A DNA stretch of 64,000 nt from Candidatus Moraniibacteriota bacterium (lineage in GTDB: Bacteria; Patescibacteriota; Minisyncoccia; Moranbacterales; GCA-2747515), in assembly GCA_046116545.1 (NCBI GenBank), contig CP175956.1:385734-449733 (forward strand), read 5' to 3'. Below, piece by piece: positions 1 to 9,372 of the stretch (position 1 is its first letter; each line of letters opens with the position of its first letter). The notes beneath the pieces are model-generated. The model had not been told where the DNA came from and ran no database searches. It was given only the letters and a program-made list of their open reading frames with translations. Made by a program: the position numbers and the translations under genes.

Positions 1-1417
1 GAATCGGCATCCATGCGGATGCAAGGTATTCTTTGCTAACAGAAAAGAATATTTCCTTTCCTGCCGCAATAATCTCATGTGTCTTTTTGAGACTTTCCTC
101 AGTTGACACAATTTGATCAAGAATAGCCTCATGCAGTTCTGGTAAATTAACAGCATTTGATGATGCAATTTCTGCTTCATCTTCTGCACTATCACAAAAA
201 GTAAAAACATCATTGTATCGATGGCCCTCTAGTGCTGCCTGTGCTTGATTGAAAATATCATTTGCATTTTCCATCCTAGCAAGCATTGGTAATACGAAAT
301 AACCACTCTCTTCAACATGAGTAATTTTAACGACAGCCTCTACAAGAATTTGTTTAACAGCAGAAATACGTTTTGGCGCCTCACTAACACGTTGCTTCAA
401 ATCAGCAACTTGCTTTGCGATCAGAATATTTTTTGCATTCACTTCAATAAGCGACGCAAGGATTTCTCCGTACGTTTTTGCAATAGTGACATATTCCGGC
501 ACAGAAAGATTCTCAGTATCTGGATCCATTTTTGATGGTAAGCCAGTATATGTCCTCGCTGCATGACCATATGTTTTTTCTGCAGATGCAAACAACTCTG
601 CAACTACTACTATATCATCTGCAACAACAACTTTTACCAGAGAATTCACAAGTGACTTTGAACGAGCAATTGGAAGTTTTAATTCATTAATCAACCTCGA
701 ACATTGCACTTTCATACTCTGTGCTTTACGCTGTGCTGCGCTTCTTTTTTCTTGCTCCCTCTTTTTGTTTCTAAAAAACCAAATGATTGTTGCAATAATA
801 CCACCCACTACAGAAAGGGTGAAAATCCACTTAAGTAATGACCACAAGCCAGACATGTCTGTTGCTTCCTTTTGTACAACAACTGTCGGTGGTGCTACGC
901 GCATTGTCTCACGTACAACATTTGACTGTGGCACATGCGCAGCTGGCACCGGTACATCCAAAACTTTTTCAATTTCATTCAAGGCTGTTATAAATGCTTG
1001 AGCTAAATCACCACTCCGTAGTAGTGGTTTAACTTTGTTTTCACGTATCTGCTTATGATACAAATCCAATTCAGCTTTCCAAAAATCTCCATAGTACAAA
1101 CCTAAATCTCGTTTACCAAATGATACTATAAGTGATATCAATTTCCCATTACTGGTTGATTGCCATTCACTGCATGTATCTTTAAGATGTTGAACGTATG
1201 TATCAAAAGATGAATGTCCTCCAAAATCCTGTATTGCTTGCATACGAACCGTAGCACCAAACTTTTCTTCAAATTTTTGTACTACATCTGCAATACGTGA
1301 TTTATCAGAACCAAAGACACCTGCCTGATCCCATACAACACTACTACATTCATCCGCATATAATACTTGCGGCATAAAACATAGCAATATGCCAATTAAA
1401 ACTAACCATTTTTTCAT
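1..1417 (-). CDS. TPM (TLP18.3/Psb32/MOLO-1)-domain membrane protein with long C-terminal helical/coiled-coil region; 3' end runs off the window
   Basis: Not in the ORF track; N-terminal half translated by hand from ATG 1417 (GGGAGAGG upstream): MKKWLVLIGILLCFMPQVLYA (signal peptide), VWDQAGVFG...LISLIVSFGKRDLGLYYG...VKPLLRSGDLAQAFITALNEI (TPM-like), TM helix WIFTLSVVGGIIATIIWFF, then REQEKRSAAQRKAQ. Confidence 0.75.
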   Translation of the reverse strand, partial: MKKWLVLIGILLCFMPQVLYADECSSVVWDQAGVFGSDKSRIADVVQKFEEKFGATVRMQAIQDFGGHSSFDTYVQHLKDTCSEWQSTSNGKLISLIVSFGKRDLGLYYGDFWKAELDLYHKQIRENKVKPLLRSGDLAQAFITALNEIEKVLDVPVPAAHVPQSNVVRETMRVAPPTVVVQKEATDMSGLWSLLKWIFTLSVVGGIIATIIWFFRNKKREQEKRSAAQRKAQSMKVQCSRLINELKLPIARSKSLVNSLVKVVVADDIVVVAELFASAEKTYGHAARTYTGLPSKMDPDTENLSVPEYVTIAKTYGEILASLIEVNAKNILIAKQVADLKQRVSEAPKRISAVKQILVEAVVKITHVEESGYFVLPMLARMENANDIFNQAQAALEGHRYNDVFTFCDSAEDEAEIASSNAVNLPELHEAILDQIVSTEESLKKTHEIIAAGKEIFFSVSKEYLASAWMPI

Positions 1418-1441
1418 GAGCCTCTCCCACTTTTAAATTGA

Positions 1442-1460
1442 TAGTATGGTCTTTATACTA
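1442..1460. promoter_or_regulatory. Putative NrtR operator
   Basis: Palindrome TAGTAT-ggtcttt-ATACTA about 25 nt upstream of the TPM gene start; same geometry as the sites at pncA and nrtR. Confidence 0.6.
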
Positions 1461-1626
1461 AACCAAACTGTTAAAAAACTAATTTTTCTGAAAAATCATT
1501 TCCAGAGTTTTATTTATACAAAAAATATACATAAAACTCTAAAAATCATACATGATAATATATTTACAATAATAATCACTATCAAAAAACCGACTAGATA
1601 ATGTAACACAAAATCAGTAAAAAATC

Positions 1627-1656
1627 AAGCACTAGTTTTATTCAAAACTAGTGCTT
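1627..1656 (-). terminator. Intrinsic terminator after the purA-like gene
   Basis: AAGCACTAGTTTT-attc-AAAACTAGTGCTT inverted repeat followed by a T-tract on the minus strand. Confidence 0.65.
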
Positions 1657-3091
1657 ATTTTAATGCTTTTTGGTACATCCTACAAATCTTATCTGTAGCA
1701 CATGGACCGACCGACACAATACCTATAAGTGTATTTAGCTCATGTTCTATAAATTGAACATATTGTTGTGCTGAGGGTGGCAATTCATCATAACTTCGTA
1801 TATGCGAAATTTTTTCATACCATCCTATGTGTTGTGTCATTATCGGAATACATTGATTTAACACATGCGTACGATAACGACTCATTTCTCTCGATACATT
1901 TTCATTCTTTTTGATATCATCGATAACTACTCGTTCACCAATATAATGATATTCAAAAAGTTGATTGAAAAATTCACCAACCTCACCCTGATATTCATAT
2001 GATGTACACACATCAATGACATCCATACCAGAAAGTCGATCGAGATTTGTTAAGGAAATATAGTCAAGATTACCTGTACATGCGATTGCATACTTCGTAG
2101 CTACAAGATCAAGCCATCCTACACGGAAATTACCTTGCCATTTTCCCGTACCGTTATGCATATCTGGAATCAATTGACCCAGCTCATAACTTTCTGTTAC
2201 AAATGGTCCAGCGCCATGTCGTGTCATATATGCACGCATAACTCCAACTCGTACAACATCCGCATCACACTCTTCCAGTAATAAATCTGCATTGTAACTA
2301 GTTGTCTGAGAATGCGTGATGTGTGGATAAAAACCATACCCTTCATCCAACAAGACTCCTTGCGAGCCTTCAAACACAAGTGGCCCGACACAATGATTAA
2401 AGAAATCATTCGCTGACATTATTTGCACAATGTCATTTGTTGCAAAATGATAAAATTGTTCACAGATGTCTTCTACATAACCACGCTGCGTTAATTGTGC
2501 AAATAATATTTGCACTTGTTCATTATTTGAATACTGCGCCATAACCTGTTCAGCAAAATCAATCTTGAAATCTCTGAGAAAACATAACTTTTTCAAAGAT
2601 ATTTGTTTATCTGCAAGGTCTCCGATGCGTAATACTTGCTCACCAAATATAACTCCATCAGAAAATGTTTCTCCAACTCCCATGCCACAACTTCCGAGTC
2701 GTTCATCACCACGTATACATTCACGCATACGATTTATAATTTTGTGAAATGGTGTAGTGACCAAACATTTTGAATCAATTGTTATATTTCGTAAACTATC
2801 ATATTGCAGTTTCCCCTGTAATATGCCCAATTCATTTATGAGTGCAACTGGATCAACTACCATATAACGAGACAAGAAAGTTTGAATCTGCTTACTAAGT
2901 GAAGCTGCTCCAATTTGTGCAAAGCAATGGTGTGTACCATCACTCAATAAAATATTATGCGCAGCCTGCGCACCTCCACTAAATCTACAAATTGCAGTTG
3001 CTCTTACATATTGAGCTAGATAATCAACCGTTGTTCCCTTGCCCTCATCGCCAAATCCAAGTCCAACTACAACATATACGTTTTGTGTCAT
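1655..3091 (-). CDS. Divergent adenylosuccinate synthetase-family (PurA-like) enzyme
   Basis: GFGDEGKG P-loop, RFSGGAQAAH, FEGSQGVLLD..YGFYPHIT, AYMTRHGAGPF, RVGWLD, SVGP; aspartate-binding loop altered. Confidence 0.85.
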   Translation of the reverse strand: MTQNVYVVVGLGFGDEGKGTTVDYLAQYVRATAICRFSGGAQAAHNILLSDGTHHCFAQIGAASLSKQIQTFLSRYMVVDPVALINELGILQGKLQYDSLRNITIDSKCLVTTPFHKIINRMRECIRGDERLGSCGMGVGETFSDGVIFGEQVLRIGDLADKQISLKKLCFLRDFKIDFAEQVMAQYSNNEQVQILFAQLTQRGYVEDICEQFYHFATNDIVQIMSANDFFNHCVGPLVFEGSQGVLLDEGYGFYPHITHSQTTSYNADLLLEECDADVVRVGVMRAYMTRHGAGPFVTESYELGQLIPDMHNGTGKWQGNFRVGWLDLVATKYAIACTGNLDYISLTNLDRLSGMDVIDVCTSYEYQGEVGEFFNQLFEYHYIGERVVIDDIKKNENVSREMSRYRTHVLNQCIPIMTQHIGWYEKISHIRSYDELPPSAQQYVQFIEHELNTLIGIVSVGPCATDKICRMYQKALK

Positions 3092-4009
3092 TTATGCATT
3101 CACCTCCCTTGCGATAAAACGTAAAAATTGTTTGTATACATCAATTGCCTTATTAAATGCTGTTTCAGAAAAACACAAGCTATCACTCAGCATAATTGTC
3201 CTATATCCAAATGAATACATCAGATACAAGTCAGATAGGTCTCCAATAGAAACATCTCCACTAGATACAAATGATGTCAGTATACGAGACGCAACAATTG
3301 CATTTGAATCTTTTGCAATAATCATTTGCAACGCATCAAGTATATTCCATTTATTTGAACCAATATTGATGTATAAATCATCACGTGCAGCCATAAGACC
3401 AGTCTTTTGAACTGCGTCAATGTTTTGTACAAATTGCAATCCTGCACATGACTCAATTTTTGCAATTACTTGTGCATCTTTATCGCGAGCATGCAAAACA
3501 TCAATATCACATTGATTTTGAACAAATGACAACATGTAGTCATGTAATCCTAACTCCTTAGCTACTTCTATATACTCACAATCCTCATCAGTAAAAAATC
3601 CTTTTATACACAGATTATTTCCAATGATATTCACTGCTTGACCCGCACCAACAGCATGCTGTGGTGGTGGATCTACAAAAATTTTTATACCATTGATTTC
3701 ACGAATTTCAGATTTACTTCCATCACGAAATACAATAGTTGCAGGTAGGTCAACACTAACTTCATGATTGAGCTCAATGTCTCCGTAAGTTGGTTCTGCC
3801 CACTTTACAATACGTAATTGTCGACATTTCAAATCAACCCATAGCTTCTTTTCACCCAAACATTCGATTATACGCTCCAATGTATTTTTTGGAGTATATG
3901 GTGTACGTACACCAGTATTAAATCGCACAGCATTTACTTGCGTATTCATAACTATCTTGTACATTTGCGTAACATGTGGTGACGGAATTGTTGCTATTAA
4001 TTTCATCAT
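3092..4009 (-). CDS. Pyruvate-kinase-like protein (barrel + B domain, no regulatory C domain)
   Basis: IATIP, RFN, DLK..QLR, LSFV, IAKIE, GLMAARDDL, ASRILTS, IMLS follow the pyruvate kinase motif order; only 305 aa. Confidence 0.75.
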   Translation of the reverse strand: MMKLIATIPSPHVTQMYKIVMNTQVNAVRFNTGVRTPYTPKNTLERIIECLGEKKLWVDLKCRQLRIVKWAEPTYGDIELNHEVSVDLPATIVFRDGSKSEIREINGIKIFVDPPPQHAVGAGQAVNIIGNNLCIKGFFTDEDCEYIEVAKELGLHDYMLSFVQNQCDIDVLHARDKDAQVIAKIESCAGLQFVQNIDAVQKTGLMAARDDLYINIGSNKWNILDALQMIIAKDSNAIVASRILTSFVSSGDVSIGDLSDLYLMYSFGYRTIMLSDSLCFSETAFNKAIDVYKQFLRFIAREVNA

Positions 4010-4091
4010 CTATCTACCTCCTCGAACTTGAAATAAAGATGGAGGAGATGTGCATCTACACGGCTCCTCCATTTATTTTTATCTTACCTGA

Positions 4092-5627
4092 TTACAGACG
4101 ACTTGTTTTGTTCTTGCGTCTCTTACCAGAGTTTCTTGCAGGTAAATTACCTGTATCAACTTTCGCAATTGCTGTTGTACTTGCCAGACTATCCAGCGCA
4201 CCCCGAGCATCACTTTGACGAATCTGTGTCTGACCACGCCCTGCCATATCGACAATATAATCATCAATATCAGTTCCTTCAGAAATTGCTAACGCACCCA
4301 TCATTACATCCACAACTGCGCGAGGATCATCAATGATAAGAATGTTTTCCTCTGGAATAACTGACGCCCACTGCGCTTTGATGACTTGATCATCATAACC
4401 AGAATACATACCCACTTCCAACGGACGCTCGTTTGGATCAAAATCAAACGTACCTACAACCACGTCACTTCCTGTCGGAGGAGTACCACTTCCGCGTCCA
4501 ACTGTTCCTTGGCCAATCGTGTCAGTAAAAGTCTGAATTTTACCATGCATTTCTACTTCAACAGTAAAATCTATGGGAAACTGACGATAGCTATTATCAT
4601 CATGTACAGAAAAATTTCGCATAAAAACAGTATATTTACCTTTTGGTGCACTGCCTCGTTCCCACCTGACATTTTCTACTGGTTTACGTGTCTCACGTCC
4701 ACCAGCATTACGATCAACATCCAGTTCACCTCGTCCATTACGAGATACTTTATTATCATATGCGATGTGTTCTGCTACACCGCCTGCGCCAACATCTGGA
4801 TCAACAATGACATGTAAATCCAAATCATCATATGTATTCCACATCCCTGTTGCCCGAAAGTCAATATCTTCATATTGTCCACCAGCTTCATCAAGACGCT
4901 TTTTGATTTCTGCATCAATATCATCCTTTCTTTCTTCCCACGTTTTTTGTGGATAGACAAAGAAAACATGATATTTTTCTTGCAATTCGCGGAAAATCTG
5001 TTCTGTCGGAATGTCAGATGGAACATCATCACCAATATAGGTTTTGATTTGATCCTTGGAAATATTAGAATAAAATCCTTCATCGCCTAGAAAAAAAAGA
5101 TATCCTTTTTTACCACGCTTCCAACAATCAAGCTCCGTCTTTCTGGCGAGGTAATACGCCATGAGTTCATATGACTCTTGACCAGTTCCTCCACCACCTT
5201 CTTCCAACCAGATTTTGCCCAAGTGTTCATCCAAGACATTATCAGCATCAAACTGTGCTACCTGAATTGGTGCCTTATCACCACTTGTCGCATCACCAAC
5301 AGCCGCAAAGCAGATCTCAGGATCATCAACATAGCCCTTCATGATTAGCTGACCGATAAACATCGGTAACTTACCATAAATTACTTTTGCATCATCACCA
5401 CGTGACCTCGTCACATCCATCGCAACAATAATTGGCGTTGCTTGTGGATGTTCCTCGGTATCACGACATTCACGTATCATATCTTTGATATTCAAGTCAT
5501 CATGAACTGCACGACGTGCTGTCGCAGCATCTTCATCTGGACCCTCATATCCTGAATACGTAAAATTATCTCTGCAACTTGAGCGTTGTCGATCACCTAC
5601 ATCACCGTCGTAAAATCCTCCACCCAT
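4092..5627 (-). CDS. vWA-domain protein with inserted YfaP/DUF2135-like domain
   Basis: MIDAS-like IIVAMDVTRS, VGDA, GGGG..ESY, LGDE; insert WNTYDDLDLHV..GELDVDRNAGG..PVENVRW..APKGKYTV; GGAGG SD. Confidence 0.75.
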   Translation of the reverse strand: MGGGFYDGDVGDRQRSSCRDNFTYSGYEGPDEDAATARRAVHDDLNIKDMIRECRDTEEHPQATPIIVAMDVTRSRGDDAKVIYGKLPMFIGQLIMKGYVDDPEICFAAVGDATSGDKAPIQVAQFDADNVLDEHLGKIWLEEGGGGTGQESYELMAYYLARKTELDCWKRGKKGYLFFLGDEGFYSNISKDQIKTYIGDDVPSDIPTEQIFRELQEKYHVFFVYPQKTWEERKDDIDAEIKKRLDEAGGQYEDIDFRATGMWNTYDDLDLHVIVDPDVGAGGVAEHIAYDNKVSRNGRGELDVDRNAGGRETRKPVENVRWERGSAPKGKYTVFMRNFSVHDDNSYRQFPIDFTVEVEMHGKIQTFTDTIGQGTVGRGSGTPPTGSDVVVGTFDFDPNERPLEVGMYSGYDDQVIKAQWASVIPEENILIIDDPRAVVDVMMGALAISEGTDIDDYIVDMAGRGQTQIRQSDARGALDSLASTTAIAKVDTGNLPARNSGKRRKNKTSRL

Positions 5628-5667
5628 TTTTTAATCCTCCTGATTTTTTAACATTTTACCAATAGTG

Positions 5668-6753
5668 TTATACACGGAATTCCAAAAACTTTTTTGGACC
5701 CCATAATTCTATAACCAAATCATTTAACATTGCATACATTTCCCATGCATCTTGTGCACGTTGCCGCGGACTCTCAAGTGTAAAAAACTTGAGAAATCTC
5801 TGCAGCGCAGCGTTCACAGATGCAGGCATTGCATTTGTTTTTACATCACCACCAAGCGCAAAGATCATCGTTTTCCCTAGAGAATAGAGATCTGATGCTG
5901 GTAACGGTGACTTTTTCTGCACAACTTCTGGTGCACTAAATTCCTCATTAAATACCTTGAACCCATCATTTGTTCGTGCAGGATTCAGAGCACTATAACA
6001 CCAGTCAATAAGCCATGCGTTATGATCTTTTGGTCGAATCATAATATGTGATGGATCGATGTTTCCATGTACACAACCTTGACTATGTACATAACCAAGC
6101 GCACTAAGCGCACGGTTCATCATCCATACAACATGCTTCTGATCAATACCATATTTCCATCGCGAACTTTCACGAATAGAATATAAGTCATGACCATCAA
6201 TGTACTCCATTATCGTTCCAAGTTGTCCATCACTGGTCTTGAATCGATCCAAAAGTACTGGAAGATGTTTCAATTGACTTGCAGGATTATCTTTGAACAA
6301 TCGCAAAATTTTAATCTCATTTTGCATCAAATCATTATCTGCACTATCATCAACAACTTTTACAACAACTGGACCAGTAAATGCATCTCCAATCGCCTGA
6401 CCACCATACACAACACTTAAATCACCTTCTGCAAGCGTCTTTGTGACAGTATACGTATTTTTACGAGTTTGAATCGTAAATGATTCACTATCTGAAATAT
6501 CAGTTTGTTCTTCAGATAATGTGTCTCCGTATATGCCTTGCGTCAATTTTCGAGTTGCCTTTACATAATACTCAGTCAACTTTACAAAAGCATCATTTGC
6601 CTGCACATTACCATTATTTCTATCTGGATGTACAACTTTTGATAACTGCCTAAAAGTACTTTTAACAAAAGCTGCATTTGCTTCAATGCCAAAGATATCC
6701 TCAGGATATTGTGCACATTCTATTCGCTCACATACAACTGTAAGTTCTCCCAT
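5668..6753 (-). CDS. DnaJ J-domain fused to an atypical Ser/Thr-kinase-fold domain
   Basis: N-terminal FRQLSKVVHPDRN (HPD); kinase motifs VVVKV, NEIKIL, HGNIDPSHI, LIDW, SAPE, SDLYSLG; ATG 6753 follows GAGGAGG. Confidence 0.8.
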   Translation of the reverse strand: MGELTVVCERIECAQYPEDIFGIEANAAFVKSTFRQLSKVVHPDRNNGNVQANDAFVKLTEYYVKATRKLTQGIYGDTLSEEQTDISDSESFTIQTRKNTYTVTKTLAEGDLSVVYGGQAIGDAFTGPVVVKVVDDSADNDLMQNEIKILRLFKDNPASQLKHLPVLLDRFKTSDGQLGTIMEYIDGHDLYSIRESSRWKYGIDQKHVVWMMNRALSALGYVHSQGCVHGNIDPSHIMIRPKDHNAWLIDWCYSALNPARTNDGFKVFNEEFSAPEVVQKKSPLPASDLYSLGKTMIFALGGDVKTNAMPASVNAALQRFLKFFTLESPRQRAQDAWEMYAMLNDLVIELWGPKKFLEFRV

Positions 6754-6771
6754 TGCTTTCACCTCCTCTTA

Positions 6772-7410
6772 TTAATTGTACTCATTGTGCACAATAATAC
6801 ATGCATCATCTTTTTGTAATTTGATTTTTTCTTCATACAATGACACAACATCTGACTCAAAACGATCTCGCACAACTTGTGCTGATACACCATACTTTTG
6901 TGTATCACGCATAATTCTCCGTTGTAAAAGTGTTTGTACACTAACATCTATAAAAATATCAATTATGTCACATGAGAGTGTTTGTAAAATAGTAGTGACA
7001 AACAATCCCTCAGCAATAATAATATTTGCTGGTTGACACACATTTTTATGATGTGTAATTCGTTTGTTCAAGTAAATATCATATTGCGGAATGCATACAG
7101 CATTTCCACATAACAATAAACCAATATCTGAAATAAATTCTCGTGTATGATACGAATCAATACTATCAAATATACACCGACCATTTTGGTCTCGTGGCAA
7201 TGTGTTATCATCAACATCCTTAAAATAAGAATCTAATGCTATAACAATTGACATTATATCGCCTTGCAGTAATGCCTGAGTTAATTGCTGTGAAAAATAA
7301 GTTTTTCCACTACAACTACCCCCGGAAACAGCTACTACGATTGGAGAATGTATATATTGCAAATATTCTACAAGTACATTTACGCACAAACATATATTCT
7401 TGTATTCCAT
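6772..7410 (-). CDS. Uridine kinase/phosphoribulokinase-family P-loop kinase
   Basis: GGSCSGKT, LDSYFKD, FD..DS, IPQYD, IIAEGLF, RRIMRD. Confidence 0.75.
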   Translation of the reverse strand: MEYKNICLCVNVLVEYLQYIHSPIVVAVSGGSCSGKTYFSQQLTQALLQGDIMSIVIALDSYFKDVDDNTLPRDQNGRCIFDSIDSYHTREFISDIGLLLCGNAVCIPQYDIYLNKRITHHKNVCQPANIIIAEGLFVTTILQTLSCDIIDIFIDVSVQTLLQRRIMRDTQKYGVSAQVVRDRFESDVVSLYEEKIKLQKDDACIIVHNEYN

Positions 7411-7574
7411 TGACTATATCCTCTTGTATTTTATTTTTAAAAAACTTTTTTTCATTCTGATAAACATTTCTATCTATAAGAATGGAAATGGTATACCTAA
7501 ATAAATATTTTGATACACTAATTTCTGTAAAATTATATGTCTAAGAAGATAAATTTTTATCTTCTTAGACTGAT

Positions 7575-8174
7575 TTATGTTTTATATAAATTATTAGAAA
7601 CGATATAGCATGATACATCATCATTTACAAGATGTCTAGTAGTTTCTCCTGCTGCAATGTACTCTCGTGCCATGGTACCCGAACCAAAAATATTAGAAAT
7701 CCCAACAAGTCGTGATTGTGGTGGCAGATCATTACGAGACACCTGATATCCAGGTCGCCGTAATACTAAAAAATTAAGGTCCTGCCAAATTTCACATCCC
7801 CTGCTCCATGTACGGTGAATTTCTGATGCACCATCTTGTCCACCTTCGATTATGTCACCGCCCACGATGTGCCAAATTTCCCCATCAGAAAATTCGTCTT
7901 CATACCTCTTTTGCAAAAGATACGTCGGAGTATACGTGCAACAATCAATGTCATGATAGTCGATTATGACATCATCCATATCTGATAATGCAATCGCTAA
8001 CATATTTTTGCGATGCACTGGTGTAATGACATTTGCCGATTGTTTATCTGGACGTATCCCACATGGCACAACGATCAATACGTCAAAAAACCGTTTCATA
8101 TATTCAATAATTTGAACATGATGTATACATGGCGGATTAAAACTACCCCCAAAAATACCAACTACTTTTTTCAT
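7575..8174 (-). CDS. nadD: Nicotinate/nicotinamide mononucleotide adenylyltransferase
   Basis: GIFGGSFNPPCIHH (variant HxGH), RKNML, IVGGD, W...EIW, SGT, V..YI..NNLY; start moved to the ATG after AGAGG. Confidence 0.75.
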   Translation of the reverse strand: MKKVVGIFGGSFNPPCIHHVQIIEYMKRFFDVLIVVPCGIRPDKQSANVITPVHRKNMLAIALSDMDDVIIDYHDIDCCTYTPTYLLQKRYEDEFSDGEIWHIVGGDIIEGGQDGASEIHRTWSRGCEIWQDLNFLVLRRPGYQVSRNDLPPQSRLVGISNIFGSGTMAREYIAAGETTRHLVNDDVSCYIVSNNLYKT

Positions 8175-8390
8175 AATTACACCTCTAATCATAAAACTTT
8201 AAAAGAACTCATCATCATCCCAAAAATATATTAACCTTAGGATGGAAATAATATATCCAAACATAAATTTTGATACACAATTTCTATAATTCAATTTTGT
8301 GCTATACCAAGCACATACATGTTTGTTAAAAATATTTATTTATCCAGTGTGCAAAAATTTATTTTGCACACTGGATTTTTGACAACGATA

Positions 8391-9053
8391 TTATTGTGCG
8401 ATGATTTGTGCAGCAGACTGTACAATTATAGCTCCAGCGTCTTGCATTTCATCAATGGCTTTTTTTGTACCATCTGGATCTATACCACGACAAGCACCTA
8501 AATTTAGAATTACTTTAAATCCAGCACGTAATAATTGAAGCACTGTTAGCTTCACACAAAAGTCAGTAGCCAACCCGCCAACAATCACCGTATCCATACC
8601 CTGCACTTGCATCCACTCAATAACACCAGTAGATATTTTATCTCCAAGATCATGATAACATGCCCCATACGGATGCATGTCTCTTTCAACTCCCTTGTAA
8701 ATCAAGAAATCATACTCTTCCGGTTTTGGCAGGCCTGCAATCAACTCAAAACCAAATGTGCCAGGTACACCATGCATAAACCACTTTAAATCAATATTTG
8801 CTAAATCTGCAAAGCATCCTTCTACAGGCTGAGCCAATTCCTTCAATTCCTCTGTTTTCCAATAAGCATTGACCGGATGAGCATCCTTAGATACAACTCG
8901 TTTACTTGCTTTTTTTGCACCATCATTGAGTTCATCAACAATATCCTCACCACCTTTAACAGCTAATTCATCTGGACACCTTGGCGTAAAGCAGTACATC
9001 GCGTCCACATCAAATGCTACTGTTATTGCCTTTTTCACATATACATTATCCAT
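8391..9053 (-). CDS. pncA: Nicotinamidase / isochorismatase-family cysteine hydrolase
   Basis: DVD..YCF, ELAVKGG, KDAHP, W.MH..PGT.G, KG, GGLATDFCV (catalytic Cys); start after AAGGAGG. Confidence 0.85.
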   Translation of the reverse strand: MDNVYVKKAITVAFDVDAMYCFTPRCPDELAVKGGEDIVDELNDGAKKASKRVVSKDAHPVNAYWKTEELKELAQPVEGCFADLANIDLKWFMHGVPGTFGFELIAGLPKPEEYDFLIYKGVERDMHPYGACYHDLGDKISTGVIEWMQVQGMDTVIVGGLATDFCVKLTVLQLLRAGFKVILNLGACRGIDPDGTKKAIDEMQDAGAIIVQSAAQIIAQ

Positions 9054-9231
9054 AATCACTACCCCTCCTTTATACATTTTAGATTTATGATTTTATACAT
9101 AGGCTATTTACAGATCCACTTGTTATCGTTTATTTCAAAGAACAAAACCTTATCGTTACATTAAGTTTTAACTAATTTGCTGTCCAACTATCTTATATGA
9201 TTTTTATAATTGACAGACTTTAGTTATTACT

Positions 9232-9297
9232 TAGTGTATGTCTTACACTTCTAAATTCACTATAGCACCCCATCCAAATCGTGTCAAGTCTACACTA
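9232..9297 (-). promoter_or_regulatory. sigma70 promoter of pncA with two putative NrtR operators
   Basis: TTGACA (9287-9282), 17 nt, TATAGT (9264-9259) with extended TG; TAGTGT-atgtctt-ACACTT at 9232-9250 and CGTGT-caagtct-ACACTA at 9280-9297 overlapping the -35. Confidence 0.75.
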
Positions 9298-9326
9298 AGT
9301 ATTTATGGATAACTTTTACAATATAT

Positions 9327-9365
9327 AAAAACCACTTTAAGATAATTATCTTAAAGTGGTTTTTT
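9327..9365. terminator. Intrinsic terminator after the HD gene (bidirectional form)
   Basis: AAAAACCACTTTAAGATAAT-TATCTTAAAGTGGTTTTT perfect inverted repeat flanked by A/T tracts. Confidence 0.65.
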
Positions 9366-9372
9366 CTATTTG

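Noticed and set aside
317-1001. Plus-strand ORFs 317-535 and 765-1001
   Set aside because: Antisense shadows of the minus-strand TPM gene
1655-3091. PurZ / 2-aminoadenine (Z-genome) pathway
   Set aside because: The P-loop keeps Asp (GDEGKG) rather than the PurZ Ser, and there is no phage polymerase or other phage context
8342-8376. Intrinsic terminator for pncA (and similarly 7539-7570 for nadD)
   Set aside because: Strong hairpins, but no U-tract in the sense direction, so not called as terminators
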